64,000 nucleotides of DNA from Spirochaetota bacterium. GTDB lineage: Bacteria > Spirochaetota > Spirochaetia > Treponematales > UBA12059. Positions 9,023 to 16,995 of the stretch are shown piece by piece; position 1 is the first letter of the stretch, and each line of letters starts with the position of its first letter. The notes under the pieces are model-generated. The model did not search any database. It had not been told where the DNA came from and saw only the letters and a list, made by a program, of their open reading frames with translations. The position numbers and the translations under genes are program-made. Location of the stretch: the NCBI GenBank assembly GCA_031402655.1, contig JANNSO010000119.1:72764-136763 (forward strand), written 5' to 3'.

Positions 9023-9138
9023 CGGATGAGGATTTTCAACACTTCAAAAATGTAACATTACCGTAGCATTTGTAATCAAATGCGAGGAATGTTTAAGGTT
9101 GTTGGAAAAGCCACAAGCTTTTTCAACAGCCTGCTAAG
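9023..9138 (-). repeat. repeat family A, copy A1 (about 115 nt, multi-hairpin), inverted relative to A2 and A3
   Basis: Near-identical to the reverse complement of 24121..24236. Core hairpin is GGTTGTTGGAAAAGC-CACAA-GCTTTTTCAACAGCC, with a second hairpin GCATTTG-TAAT-CAAATGC. It lies directly 3' of queA. Confidence 0.85.
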
Positions 9139-9162
9139 CTGTTTCTAACGGAGGGATCATCG

Positions 9163-9342
9163 ATGGCTGAAAGGGTGGGGGAATTCCTGGTTCGAATCGG
9201 TGCTATGACGACGGACCAGGTAGCCGAGGTAGGCAAAATTCAGGATGCAGAGGAAGAACCGAGACTATTCGGAGAGATAGCCATCGAACTGGGATATATT
9301 GACGACGCGGTAATCCTGCGATACCTGTCCGAAAAAAAATAG
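9163..9342 (+). CDS. small stand-alone MshEN/T2SSE_N-like protein (59 aa), absent from the ORF track
   Basis: Own translation gives MAERVGEFLVRIGAMTTDQVAEVGKIQDAEEEPRLFGEIAIELGYIDDAVILRYLSEKK. A GGAGGG SD lies 7 nt upstream. The protein has two copies of the RLGxxLVxxGLIxxxxLxxxLxxQ-type motif. Confidence 0.55.
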   Translation: MAERVGEFLVRIGAMTTDQVAEVGKIQDAEEEPRLFGEIAIELGYIDDAVILRYLSEKK

Positions 9343-9346
9343 TATT

Positions 9347-10096
9347 CTAAAATAACGCCGCCATCATCACCGCCGCAGCGGTGGCTACGCTGAGCGACTC
9401 AGCCCGGCCGGCTCCCGGAATCGTCGCTATTTCGTCGGCAAGGGCAAGGATGGCTTCCGAAGGCCCGCGCGCTTCGTTTGAAAAGACGATAGCCTTAGGC
9501 TCGCCGCCCCTGAATTCCCGGTAATCGCGGCCATGTAAATCGGCTACGACAAGCCGGTAGTTTTTTTTAAGCTCCAGCAGTTTGACCTCTAGGCTTTCGC
9601 ACAAGATGAAATGGCTGCGGAATACCGACCCCATGCTGGAGCGCACCGCCTTGGAGTTGAAAGGATCCACGCAGGTCTCGCCGATTAGAATCTCGCTAAA
9701 ACCGAACCAATCGGCGCTGCGCACGATGTTTCCCATATTGCGAGGGTCGGCCACGTCGAACAGCACCGGCAGGATGCTTTTTGTCGCCTCGGCAGTCACC
9801 AGGGATGTATACTCAAAAACACCGATCAGACCCTGCGGATGTTCCGTTTCGGCCAGCCTCAAAAAATCCCGCTCGCCTAGAATAATGGCATTGGCGGCAC
9901 TCAAGAGCGCGTCGGTATCCTCGTGTTCCCCATAAAATCCCTCGCGTACGTACACCGCGCGGCAGGCGCAGGGAGAGCGGAGGCCTTCTTCCACGACTTT
10001 ACGCCCCTCGGCCAAAAAAAGCCCGCTTTCCTGCCTGGCCTTCCGCTGCTTCAGGGATATGCTAAACTTGAAATCGCTTGGACTATCGCTAATCAT
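9347..10096 (-). CDS. TrmH/SpoU-family RNA 2'-O-methyltransferase
   Basis: 249 aa with SpoU motifs: DPRNMGNIVRSADWFG, IVFSNEARG and IPGAGRAESLSVATAAAVMM. Confidence 0.85.
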   Translation of the reverse strand: MISDSPSDFKFSISLKQRKARQESGLFLAEGRKVVEEGLRSPCACRAVYVREGFYGEHEDTDALLSAANAIILGERDFLRLAETEHPQGLIGVFEYTSLVTAEATKSILPVLFDVADPRNMGNIVRSADWFGFSEILIGETCVDPFNSKAVRSSMGSVFRSHFILCESLEVKLLELKKNYRLVVADLHGRDYREFRGGEPKAIVFSNEARGPSEAILALADEIATIPGAGRAESLSVATAAAVMMAALF

Positions 10097-10191
10097 TGAT
10101 CCCAGTGTAACACAGAGCCGGTCGCTGGGTAAGTCTTTTGGATTGGAATCCGCGGCATGACTCGCGATGATGACCTTTTTTTCCTTTTTCC

Positions 10192-10220
10192 TTGACGAGA
10201 GGCCGCAGGGAGACTAGTCT
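10192..10220 (+). promoter_or_regulatory. weak candidate promoter immediately upstream of repeat copy B1
   Basis: TTGACG (10192..10197), a 17-nt spacer, then TAGTCT (10215..10220). The predicted start would fall at the first base of B1. Confidence 0.3.
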
Positions 10221-10228
10221 AATATTTG

Positions 10229-10336
10229 AGGGAAGCTCGAAAAACTTCAGTTTTGCGAGGTTGACCAATAAAAAACCTGATTCCTGGAAGGAATCAGCGA
10301 GGCACCTCTGATAACCATAGGGTTATTAGAGATGCC
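10229..10336 (+). repeat. repeat family B, copy B1 (full length, three hairpins)
   Basis: Aligns over about 105 nt with 50551..50658. Hairpin 1 is CTCGAAAAACTTCAGTTTTGCGAGG. Hairpin 2 is CTGATTCC-TGGAA-GGAATCAG. Hairpin 3 is GGCACCTCTGATAACC-ATAG-GGTTATTAGAGATGCC. Confidence 0.85.
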
Positions 10337-10365
10337 CTTGAATCATTTTTCTAGGAGGAATAAAA

Positions 10366-11052
10366 GTGAAACGATTGCTCGTTCTTTTTCTGTTCATGAC
10401 CGTTGCGATGACCTTGGTCTTTGCGCAAAGCATCTCCGAGCTGAAAGCAGCTTCCGAAGCGGCAGTTAGAGTTGCCGCTGCAGCGCCCGGCGATTATGCC
10501 TCCAACTGGATGGCGGCGAAGGCTCAGCGCAAATATGGCGCGGAACTCGTTACCCTGGAGGCGCAGGATTGGAAAGGCCTTGCGAAAGCCGCCGCGAAAG
10601 ACGGAATGAAATTCGGCGAGATTGCGCAAAAACTCAGTCCCAACGGCATCGAAGGCTGGTATTGGTATGGACTCTGCGTCGGTACCTATGCAGATTGCGT
10701 AAGCATTCTGACGGCTCTGGGCGAAGGCCTCAAAGGCAAGACCCAAAAGGGTTTCGAGATGGCGTACAAAGTAAACAAGATGTACGACAACGGCGGACCG
10801 ATGCTTTCGTTGGGTCGTTTCTGGCAGGTTTTACCTGGAATCGCAGGCAAGGACCTCAAGAAAGCCGAACAATTGTTTAATGAATATATGAGTCTCCTTG
10901 GCGCAAGCAAGGATGCCAACAAGGACGCCTGGTACTACCGCGGAGCGCTTTACAAGGAATTGGGCAGGATACCCGAAGCCCGCGCCGACCTCCAGAAAGC
11001 CGTTTCCCTAGGCCAGAAAGACGCGCCCAAGCTGCTCGCCGAGCTTAAATAA
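10366..11052 (+). CDS. secreted hypothetical protein, TPR-like C-terminus
   Basis: 228 aa. GTG start with an AGGAGG SD. Signal peptide MKRLLVLFLFMTVAMTLVFAQS. The helical-repeat-like end is AWYYRGALYKELGRIPEARADLQKAVSLG. Confidence 0.6.
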   Translation: MKRLLVLFLFMTVAMTLVFAQSISELKAASEAAVRVAAAAPGDYASNWMAAKAQRKYGAELVTLEAQDWKGLAKAAAKDGMKFGEIAQKLSPNGIEGWYWYGLCVGTYADCVSILTALGEGLKGKTQKGFEMAYKVNKMYDNGGPMLSLGRFWQVLPGIAGKDLKKAEQLFNEYMSLLGASKDANKDAWYYRGALYKELGRIPEARADLQKAVSLGQKDAPKLLAELK

Positions 11053-11064
11053 GATCGACTCAAT

Positions 11065-11098
11065 CTGCCTGCCCAGTCTTTTAAGTTGGGCAGGGCAG
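11065..11098. terminator. hairpin between convergent genes (possible bidirectional terminator)
   Basis: CTGCCTGCCCA-11 nt loop-TGGGCAGGGCAG, an imperfect stem with one bulge. Confidence 0.4.
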
Positions 11099-11169
11099 CA
11101 TTTAAACCTATTTGCTCCTGTCTTCCTCTGTGTTCTCCGTGCCTCTGTGGTAAAAATTCCTGTATTCTT

Positions 11170-11769
11170 TCAGTATCCCTTTTCGTCCATCGCCTCGAAC
11201 GCAGCGCGAACCTTCTCAAGCCTTGCGAGTTCCCGTTCTATCATGCGCTGGTAATCCAGTTCGCCGTTGGCGATCCGGTAGGATTCATCCACCCAGAATT
11301 GTACTTCGGGAACAAATACCCAGGGCATTTGCTCGGCTTTTGCGGACCATTCTTTGGCGGTCTTCCAGTAAAAAAGGGCGGCTTTATAGGCGGTTTCTGC
11401 TGTTTTAAGGCTTTCGAGATTTTCATTTTTCCAGGGCGCATTGTAGAAATATGCAACCTGCTTGTCGAATTTGCTGCCCAGTAAAAGGTGCTGTTCTATC
11501 ATTTTAAGCTCGATGTGCATGTTAAAAAGATAACGGTATCGTTCCCAGTGTTTTTCGTCCGCGATCTTGGCCATGGCATACAGCGGATTGCAGAAATCGG
11601 CTTTGCGCGCCTGTTCCAGCCAGTAAATGTTCTCGATCGTGTCGTCGGGATATTGTATGTAATGCGTGTGATAAAGCTTAAAATACTGCTCTTTGAAGTA
11701 AACCGGGAAGGCGGTGCCGGCAAAGCTTACTAGAAGTATCAGGGTAAGGAGTAAGGCTATTCGCTTCAT
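11170..11769 (-). CDS. secreted hypothetical protein
   Basis: 199 aa. Signal peptide MKRIALLLTLILLVSFAGTA. No motif recognised. Confidence 0.6.
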   Translation of the reverse strand: MKRIALLLTLILLVSFAGTAFPVYFKEQYFKLYHTHYIQYPDDTIENIYWLEQARKADFCNPLYAMAKIADEKHWERYRYLFNMHIELKMIEQHLLLGSKFDKQVAYFYNAPWKNENLESLKTAETAYKAALFYWKTAKEWSAKAEQMPWVFVPEVQFWVDESYRIANGELDYQRMIERELARLEKVRAAFEAMDEKGY

Positions 11770-11801
11770 GTTGCAAGTATCGGCATGAATTCAGCGTTCT
11801 T

Positions 11802-12446
11802 TTACCGTGGATTTTCAGCCTTTTCCAGCAAGGGCCTCATTTCCAGGCGGATTATGGCTTCTATTTCGTCGGGTTTCATGGATGCGTCTATAGTGACTAT
11901 TTTCATGGGACTTGTTCGGAACGATTCGATTACGGCGCAATACTCCAGCGCCACTTTTTCCTGAAATGGCAGGGTTTCGTAAATTTCCAGCGATTTGCGG
12001 CTCTCCATGCGTTTCATGGCGGTTTCCGGGTGAAGCTCAAAGAAAAACAGAAGCTCAGGAAGCGGAAACGATGCGTTCAACAGCCCTGGCAGGTCGCGCC
12101 CGCAGGTGATTCCCTGGTAGGCAAGGGAGGAGAACAGGTAACGGTCGCTGATAACCAGCTTTCCCTGCAAGCACTGCTCCCTGATACCTTTTTTACCGTA
12201 CACATGCTCGCAGCGGTCGGCCGCGAACAGGTAGGCTACGGTTTTTGGGTCCAATGACAGGCCGCCGGCCAAGGCCTGCCTGATAAGGAGGCCGGACTCC
12301 GCGTTTGTGGGTTCAAAGCTGGTTTCATGTGGAACGAGCTGCGAGCACAGATAGGCATCGAGGCGCTTGAGCTGGGTGGTCGTACCCGTTCCGTCGATGC
12401 CCTCGAAGACGACGAAGCCTTCCAGTATTTTGGTGTTTTCTTTCAT
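11802..12446 (-). CDS. tmk: thymidylate (dTMP) kinase homologue with an atypical P-loop
   Basis: The track ORF ends at 12488. I prefer M15 (MKENTKILEGFVVFEGIDGTGTTTQ) because it places the P-loop at the usual distance from the N-terminus. A DRY motif (SDRYLFSSLAYQG) and a lid-like region are present. The P-loop reads GTGTTT rather than GxGKS/T. Confidence 0.8.
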   Translation of the reverse strand: MKENTKILEGFVVFEGIDGTGTTTQLKRLDAYLCSQLVPHETSFEPTNAESGLLIRQALAGGLSLDPKTVAYLFAADRCEHVYGKKGIREQCLQGKLVISDRYLFSSLAYQGITCGRDLPGLLNASFPLPELLFFFELHPETAMKRMESRKSLEIYETLPFQEKVALEYCAVIESFRTSPMKIVTIDASMKPDEIEAIIRLEMRPLLEKAENPR

Positions 12447-12540
12447 GGAACCATACAGATACCACAGAAAACCGATAGCATCAAGCATGGTTTTTTACCG
12501 CTTCTAGCGAAATAATGGCCTCTGTGGTATCCTCTGGCTT

Positions 12541-15500
12541 GTGAAAGCAAAACTACCGGCAAGGGTTTACAGCATCTTGATTATTGCGGTCGCCCTTTCA
12601 GCGGCCTGGGCCTTTGCCATACGCCCGATTCAGCTCGAGTTCGAAGGGACAATCCGTTTACAGCTCAGGGATTTTCTGTCTTCCGCGCTGCGGCCGTATG
12701 AAATCGAAGTATCGTACAGGAATATTTCCCCGGCTCTCTGGGGACAGGTCAAAATCCGGGGAATTTCAATTGCATCGCGGGGGCATCTCCTGGCTACGGT
12801 TCCCGCGCTGGATATCGGCTACGATTTCCTGGGGCTCCTAAGGAGGCAAGGAGGCTCAAGCCTTAAAAGCATTACCGTCAGCGGCATGGATTTGACATTC
12901 GACCCGCAGCGGGACAAGCATCTGCTTGACCTGATAGTCAGGCTTGCTTCCGGACAGCGGAAAATGCCCGTGCTGCCCGAATTTAGGCTTGTTATAAAAA
13001 ATTCCGTGTTTAAGCTTGCACTCCCCGATGGCGGCCTTGTCGAGCTGAAGGCCAATGCGCTCAAGGCGGCAGTGGGGAAACCGGATATCAAGGTGGACGC
13101 GAAGGCGGAAATCCTCGCATCCTTGGCGAGCCCGGTTTTGGGCCTGCAAACCATCCGAGTTCCCGTATCCGCCGCAGGCTACGTTCTTGCGGATTTTTCC
13201 CTTGCGGAGGCGGCGATTCGGTTTACCGCCATCGCCCCCGGCTTCACTCTCAAGGACAGGACTTGGCGGTTCAAGGCTACCAAGGATTCCGTTACGGCGG
13301 CTTTGTCGGGCAAGGCAGGTCCGCCGGAGGCTTCGCTGGTTTGGGATGCGATGAGCCGGCGGCTGCAAGCGTCGGTAGTAATGGATAAGTTTAAGCCCTC
13401 GAGCCTCATCGCCGTATCTGGGGGCTATAAAAGCATTGAGCCTCTGCTCGCCGGCGGATATAGCGGAAGGCTTGAAGCCAATACCGATTTTACCGCGGGG
13501 GGAACCGATTTTTCGGCCAATTTGGATGCGCAGCTTCCCTTCGAAGCTCCCGGTGGCAGGATAAACGCGTCAGTGCTGCTGTCAGGGTCGCTGAATCAAG
13601 TGGACGTGCAGCGCATCAGATTGGACAACGCCTCGCTTGGCATACAGCTCTCGGGAACCGCATACCCCGCCAAACTCGGATTTGAGGGCCTGCTGACGGC
13701 AGCTTACGCGCTGAACAAAACCGATGAAATCCGGACAAGCATGGAGATTTTTGCCTCCGGGGGTTCGGTATTCGCCTATGCGAACGAAACCCGGGTCGCG
13801 GATGCCCTGATACACGATCTTACGGCATCCATCAGCTTTAAAGGCGAGGAGTTATTTTTTCTTATCGATGCTATGCTGCCTACCCGGACAGGGGCGATTC
13901 AAAATTCCGCGCCCTCGGGGATAGGCGGAGTTTCCCTCGCCGAAAACCGCAGCAAGCTAAGCTTCGAAGGAAGCGTCTGGCTGGGGAAATCTCCTTATTT
14001 TTCCGCGTCGCTCTCGCTCGAGTCCCTTGCGCTGGCTGGATTTTCCCGAGCCCTGGAATCTCTTTTCGATCCTGCGGCTTCAGGCTTCCTCAGAAATTTA
14101 GTGTTTTCGGGTAACCTGAGCGTTTACGGCGATTTCAAGGATTTTTCGTACAGTGTCAGCAACGCCATCGTAAGCTATGCCGCCTTGAAAAATACTTTTG
14201 CCGTGTTGACGCTCCAGGGAAACCGCCGAAAAATCGAGTTGTCCAAGATTGACGCGCACGTTGCCGGTTATTCGATCAGCGGCAGAGCCGCCATGGTTTT
14301 GGAGTCCGAGGCCGCAAGGTCTGTGCAGGTCGATATATCCATAAACGACATTCCCTACGCCATCGACGCATCGTTTATGGAAAATGAAATTTATATAAAC
14401 GGAAATTACGGTGTCAGGGTAATTCTCAACACGGGGGATACGGGAATATCGGGCAGCATTTCCGCTGAGAATTTTCCGATTCCCGTGGGCAAGTCGATTT
14501 TTTTCGTTACCTCAAATTCCTTCCTGCAATTTGAATCCTTCGATAACTGGAAGCTTGTTCTCGAGTCCTTGAGCGTCGTCCCTTCCGGAACAAGCGTGGC
14601 CACCATGGTACGTATCGATTTAGCCGGCGAGCTTCACCAGAACGGCGCATACCTGAAACCCGTTCGCGTCCAGGGTACGGCTTCGGCGCTCGAGGGCACT
14701 ATCGATGTAACCTGGGGCTTTGCCAGCGGTTTACGAGTTGCGTTCAGTTCGGTATTGAATGGTTTGAACGGCGAGTCATATCGTGCGACGGGCGAATACG
14801 CGGCCGGCAGCCTGTCGGCCGCGGTATCTGCGCGCAAGGCCGTGCTTGAGCGCTGGAATATAGATGTCTTAAAAGGAATCGCAAACATGGATGCAAAAGT
14901 ATCCGGACCCCTGCTGGAACCAAAGGTAATCGCCTCATTTACTTTCAACGAAGGGAGGGAGCTGCCTAAATTCCCTTATCTTGAAGGCAGCGGTACCTAT
15001 GAGGCAGGCGTTATCCGCCTTGATTCCCTTAATGCATATTTGGAAGGATTGAGTGTCAATAACGCGGCCGTGGAATATGACATCGCAACAGGCACACTCT
15101 CCTGTGACGGCGACATCAATTACGGTTTTCAGGCTTTTGAGGAAGTATCCACCGTCATCGGCAAGTTTTCCGCAAAAGGAAACGCTCCGGGAGCGGCTCT
15201 TCGAGCGATCGATGCCCCCCATGACCTGGTAACGGTATTTTCCGCAAATCCCATCGACTCGTTCTCAGAATACCGTATAAGCGGATCCGTTACCTCGTTT
15301 TCGGTACGGGGAAAAAAATATAACGGCTGGCCTTTCGATCTGGCGCTCGGAACGGCAAGCCTTAACCTGGTCTGCGGATCCAATCGCGAGCTGGTGCTCA
15401 AAAGCGCGGCTACCGGGGAATTCAGCGCTAGCGTCGCGCCGGGCCTGCCGGTATCGGGCGACTTAACCGGCAGGGTGCTCAATGGCGTCGTCAACATAAA

Positions 15501-16917
15501 AACGGAAAACGCCCGAGCTGATATGCCCTTTCTTTTCGCGTTTCTCGCGTTGCCCGTCGTCAAGGCAAAAAGCGGCGTCGCCTTCGCAAACATACAGATA
15601 AGCGGCCCGGTATCCGACCCCCTGATGAACGGCTTGATCGAATTCGAGAACGTATTCTTTACGGTCAACGATTTCGTTTCCGATCCGATCGGGCCGATAA
15701 ACGCTCCGCTCAATATCAATGGCAAGGAAGCCGAGCTTACGCAGGCCCTCGTCGCCTGCGGCGATGCTAGCGTTTCGGTACAGCTGGTAATGCCCCTGTC
15801 GCGATGGCTTCCTCAATCCGTGCGCATCAACGTCAAGGGAAGCGAAAGCCTCCCCGTGCACGTGAAATCCACCATCCTTGGCCTTAAGATCGATGGATAC
15901 GCCGCTCCGGAACTCGTGGTTGCCGTCGATGCGAACGGGCCCAAGGTATCGGGAAAGCTTACGTTCCCCAAAGGTGATATAGAAATAACAACCGAGACCC
16001 TCGCAAGAGGCGGCGGCCAGTTTGTGCGTCCGCCCGAAGGTGCCTTAAGCGCGGATATGCAGATACTGTTCGGGAAAAGCGTAAGCGTAAAATTCCAGCC
16101 GTACAAGTTCGCGATCTTCTCCGGCCAGACCGACCCTTCCAGCCAGCTGAGGGTTCAGTACAACGGCGATACGGGAGACTATTCCGTCAAAGGCAAGACA
16201 ATCCTCCGGGGCGGGAGCGTATTCTATATACAAAAGAATTTCTTCCTGAAAACGGCTACGGTAACTTTCGATGAGGATTCATCGTCATTCGATCCACTGG
16301 TTACCCTTAAGGCGGAGACGCGCACTTCCAACGCCAGGGGATCCGTCCTGGTTTTGTTGAGCGCCGACAATGTGCCGCTGCAATCGCTTGCCTTTAAGTT
16401 GGAATCCATTCCTTCGTATTCCGAGCTTGAAATTGCCCAGTTGCTCGGGCAAAGCCTTACGGCAACCAATAAGGGCGGTGATTTCGATCCGGGAAAGGCC
16501 TTGATTGAAAACAGCGATTTAATCCCCCAATTGGATATTGTTTCGCTTTTCAAAACCCAGGTGCAATCCGTTTTGGGTCTCGATGTCTTTTACATGAAAT
16601 CCCTGGCTGTCCAGCGATGGCTGTATGATCTTTCGGGTCTCGGTTCCGGTGTCGTCCCCATGACCCTTTCCGATTATCTGGAGAATACGTCCATCGTCGC
16701 GGGGAAGTACCTGAGCGATAACCTTTTCCTCCAGCTGATGTTCCGCCTGCAGGATTCTCCGCTTGCACAGGCAGGTAATTTACGGGTAGACTCCGAAATA
16801 AGCTTGGAGTGGAATGCCCCGCATTTTTTGCTTAATTGGCAGATCAAGCCCGATCTTTATAATTATTTTTTGCCTGAGCAGTCCTTGTCTGTTTCATGGC
16901 GTATCGTTCTTCCGTAG
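12541..16917 (+). CDS. tamB: TamB-like translocation and assembly module protein (DUF490 C-terminus)
   Basis: 1458 aa, GTG start. N-terminal membrane anchor YSILIIAVALSAAWAFAI, a long beta-rich body, and the C-terminal GKYLSDNLFLQLMFRL...ISLEW pattern typical of TamB. It lies immediately upstream of bamA. Confidence 0.8.
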   Translation: MKAKLPARVYSILIIAVALSAAWAFAIRPIQLEFEGTIRLQLRDFLSSALRPYEIEVSYRNISPALWGQVKIRGISIASRGHLLATVPALDIGYDFLGLLRRQGGSSLKSITVSGMDLTFDPQRDKHLLDLIVRLASGQRKMPVLPEFRLVIKNSVFKLALPDGGLVELKANALKAAVGKPDIKVDAKAEILASLASPVLGLQTIRVPVSAAGYVLADFSLAEAAIRFTAIAPGFTLKDRTWRFKATKDSVTAALSGKAGPPEASLVWDAMSRRLQASVVMDKFKPSSLIAVSGGYKSIEPLLAGGYSGRLEANTDFTAGGTDFSANLDAQLPFEAPGGRINASVLLSGSLNQVDVQRIRLDNASLGIQLSGTAYPAKLGFEGLLTAAYALNKTDEIRTSMEIFASGGSVFAYANETRVADALIHDLTASISFKGEELFFLIDAMLPTRTGAIQNSAPSGIGGVSLAENRSKLSFEGSVWLGKSPYFSASLSLESLALAGFSRALESLFDPAASGFLRNLVFSGNLSVYGDFKDFSYSVSNAIVSYAALKNTFAVLTLQGNRRKIELSKIDAHVAGYSISGRAAMVLESEAARSVQVDISINDIPYAIDASFMENEIYINGNYGVRVILNTGDTGISGSISAENFPIPVGKSIFFVTSNSFLQFESFDNWKLVLESLSVVPSGTSVATMVRIDLAGELHQNGAYLKPVRVQGTASALEGTIDVTWGFASGLRVAFSSVLNGLNGESYRATGEYAAGSLSAAVSARKAVLERWNIDVLKGIANMDAKVSGPLLEPKVIASFTFNEGRELPKFPYLEGSGTYEAGVIRLDSLNAYLEGLSVNNAAVEYDIATGTLSCDGDINYGFQAFEEVSTVIGKFSAKGNAPGAALRAIDAPHDLVTVFSANPIDSFSEYRISGSVTSFSVRGKKYNGWPFDLALGTASLNLVCGSNRELVLKSAATGEFSASVAPGLPVSGDLTGRVLNGVVNIKTENARADMPFLFAFLALPVVKAKSGVAFANIQISGPVSDPLMNGLIEFENVFFTVNDFVSDPIGPINAPLNINGKEAELTQALVACGDASVSVQLVMPLSRWLPQSVRINVKGSESLPVHVKSTILGLKIDGYAAPELVVAVDANGPKVSGKLTFPKGDIEITTETLARGGGQFVRPPEGALSADMQILFGKSVSVKFQPYKFAIFSGQTDPSSQLRVQYNGDTGDYSVKGKTILRGGSVFYIQKNFFLKTATVTFDEDSSSFDPLVTLKAETRTSNARGSVLVLLSADNVPLQSLAFKLESIPSYSELEIAQLLGQSLTATNKGGDFDPGKALIENSDLIPQLDIVSLFKTQVQSVLGLDVFYMKSLAVQRWLYDLSGLGSGVVPMTLSDYLENTSIVAGKYLSDNLFLQLMFRLQDSPLAQAGNLRVDSEISLEWNAPHFLLNWQIKPDLYNYFLPEQSLSVSWRIVLP

Positions 16918-16995
16918 TTTGGCGTGCCGATAAATGATGGGACCTGCCAAACGATTAAATGCGCAAAAGGGTTTCCAAATAGGGAGTTTAGTCAG

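Noticed and set aside
9080-9148. Short ORF MRGMFKVVGKATSFFNSLLSCF inside repeat A1. The same peptide string (VVGKATSFFN.LL) appears in track ORFs 23757..24179 and 19458..19640.
   Set aside because: The recurring peptide is a by-product of translating the family-A hairpin. Start and stop context are not conserved between copies, and the other two ORFs run antisense into real genes.
10271-10300. The AACCTGAT... segment of family B resembles part of the TPP-riboswitch core. B4 lies upstream of an NMT1/THI5-like binding-protein operon.
   Set aside because: Only a short word matches, and the rest of the TPP consensus (CTGAGA, pyrimidine-sensor helix) is absent. The same element also sits next to unrelated genes.
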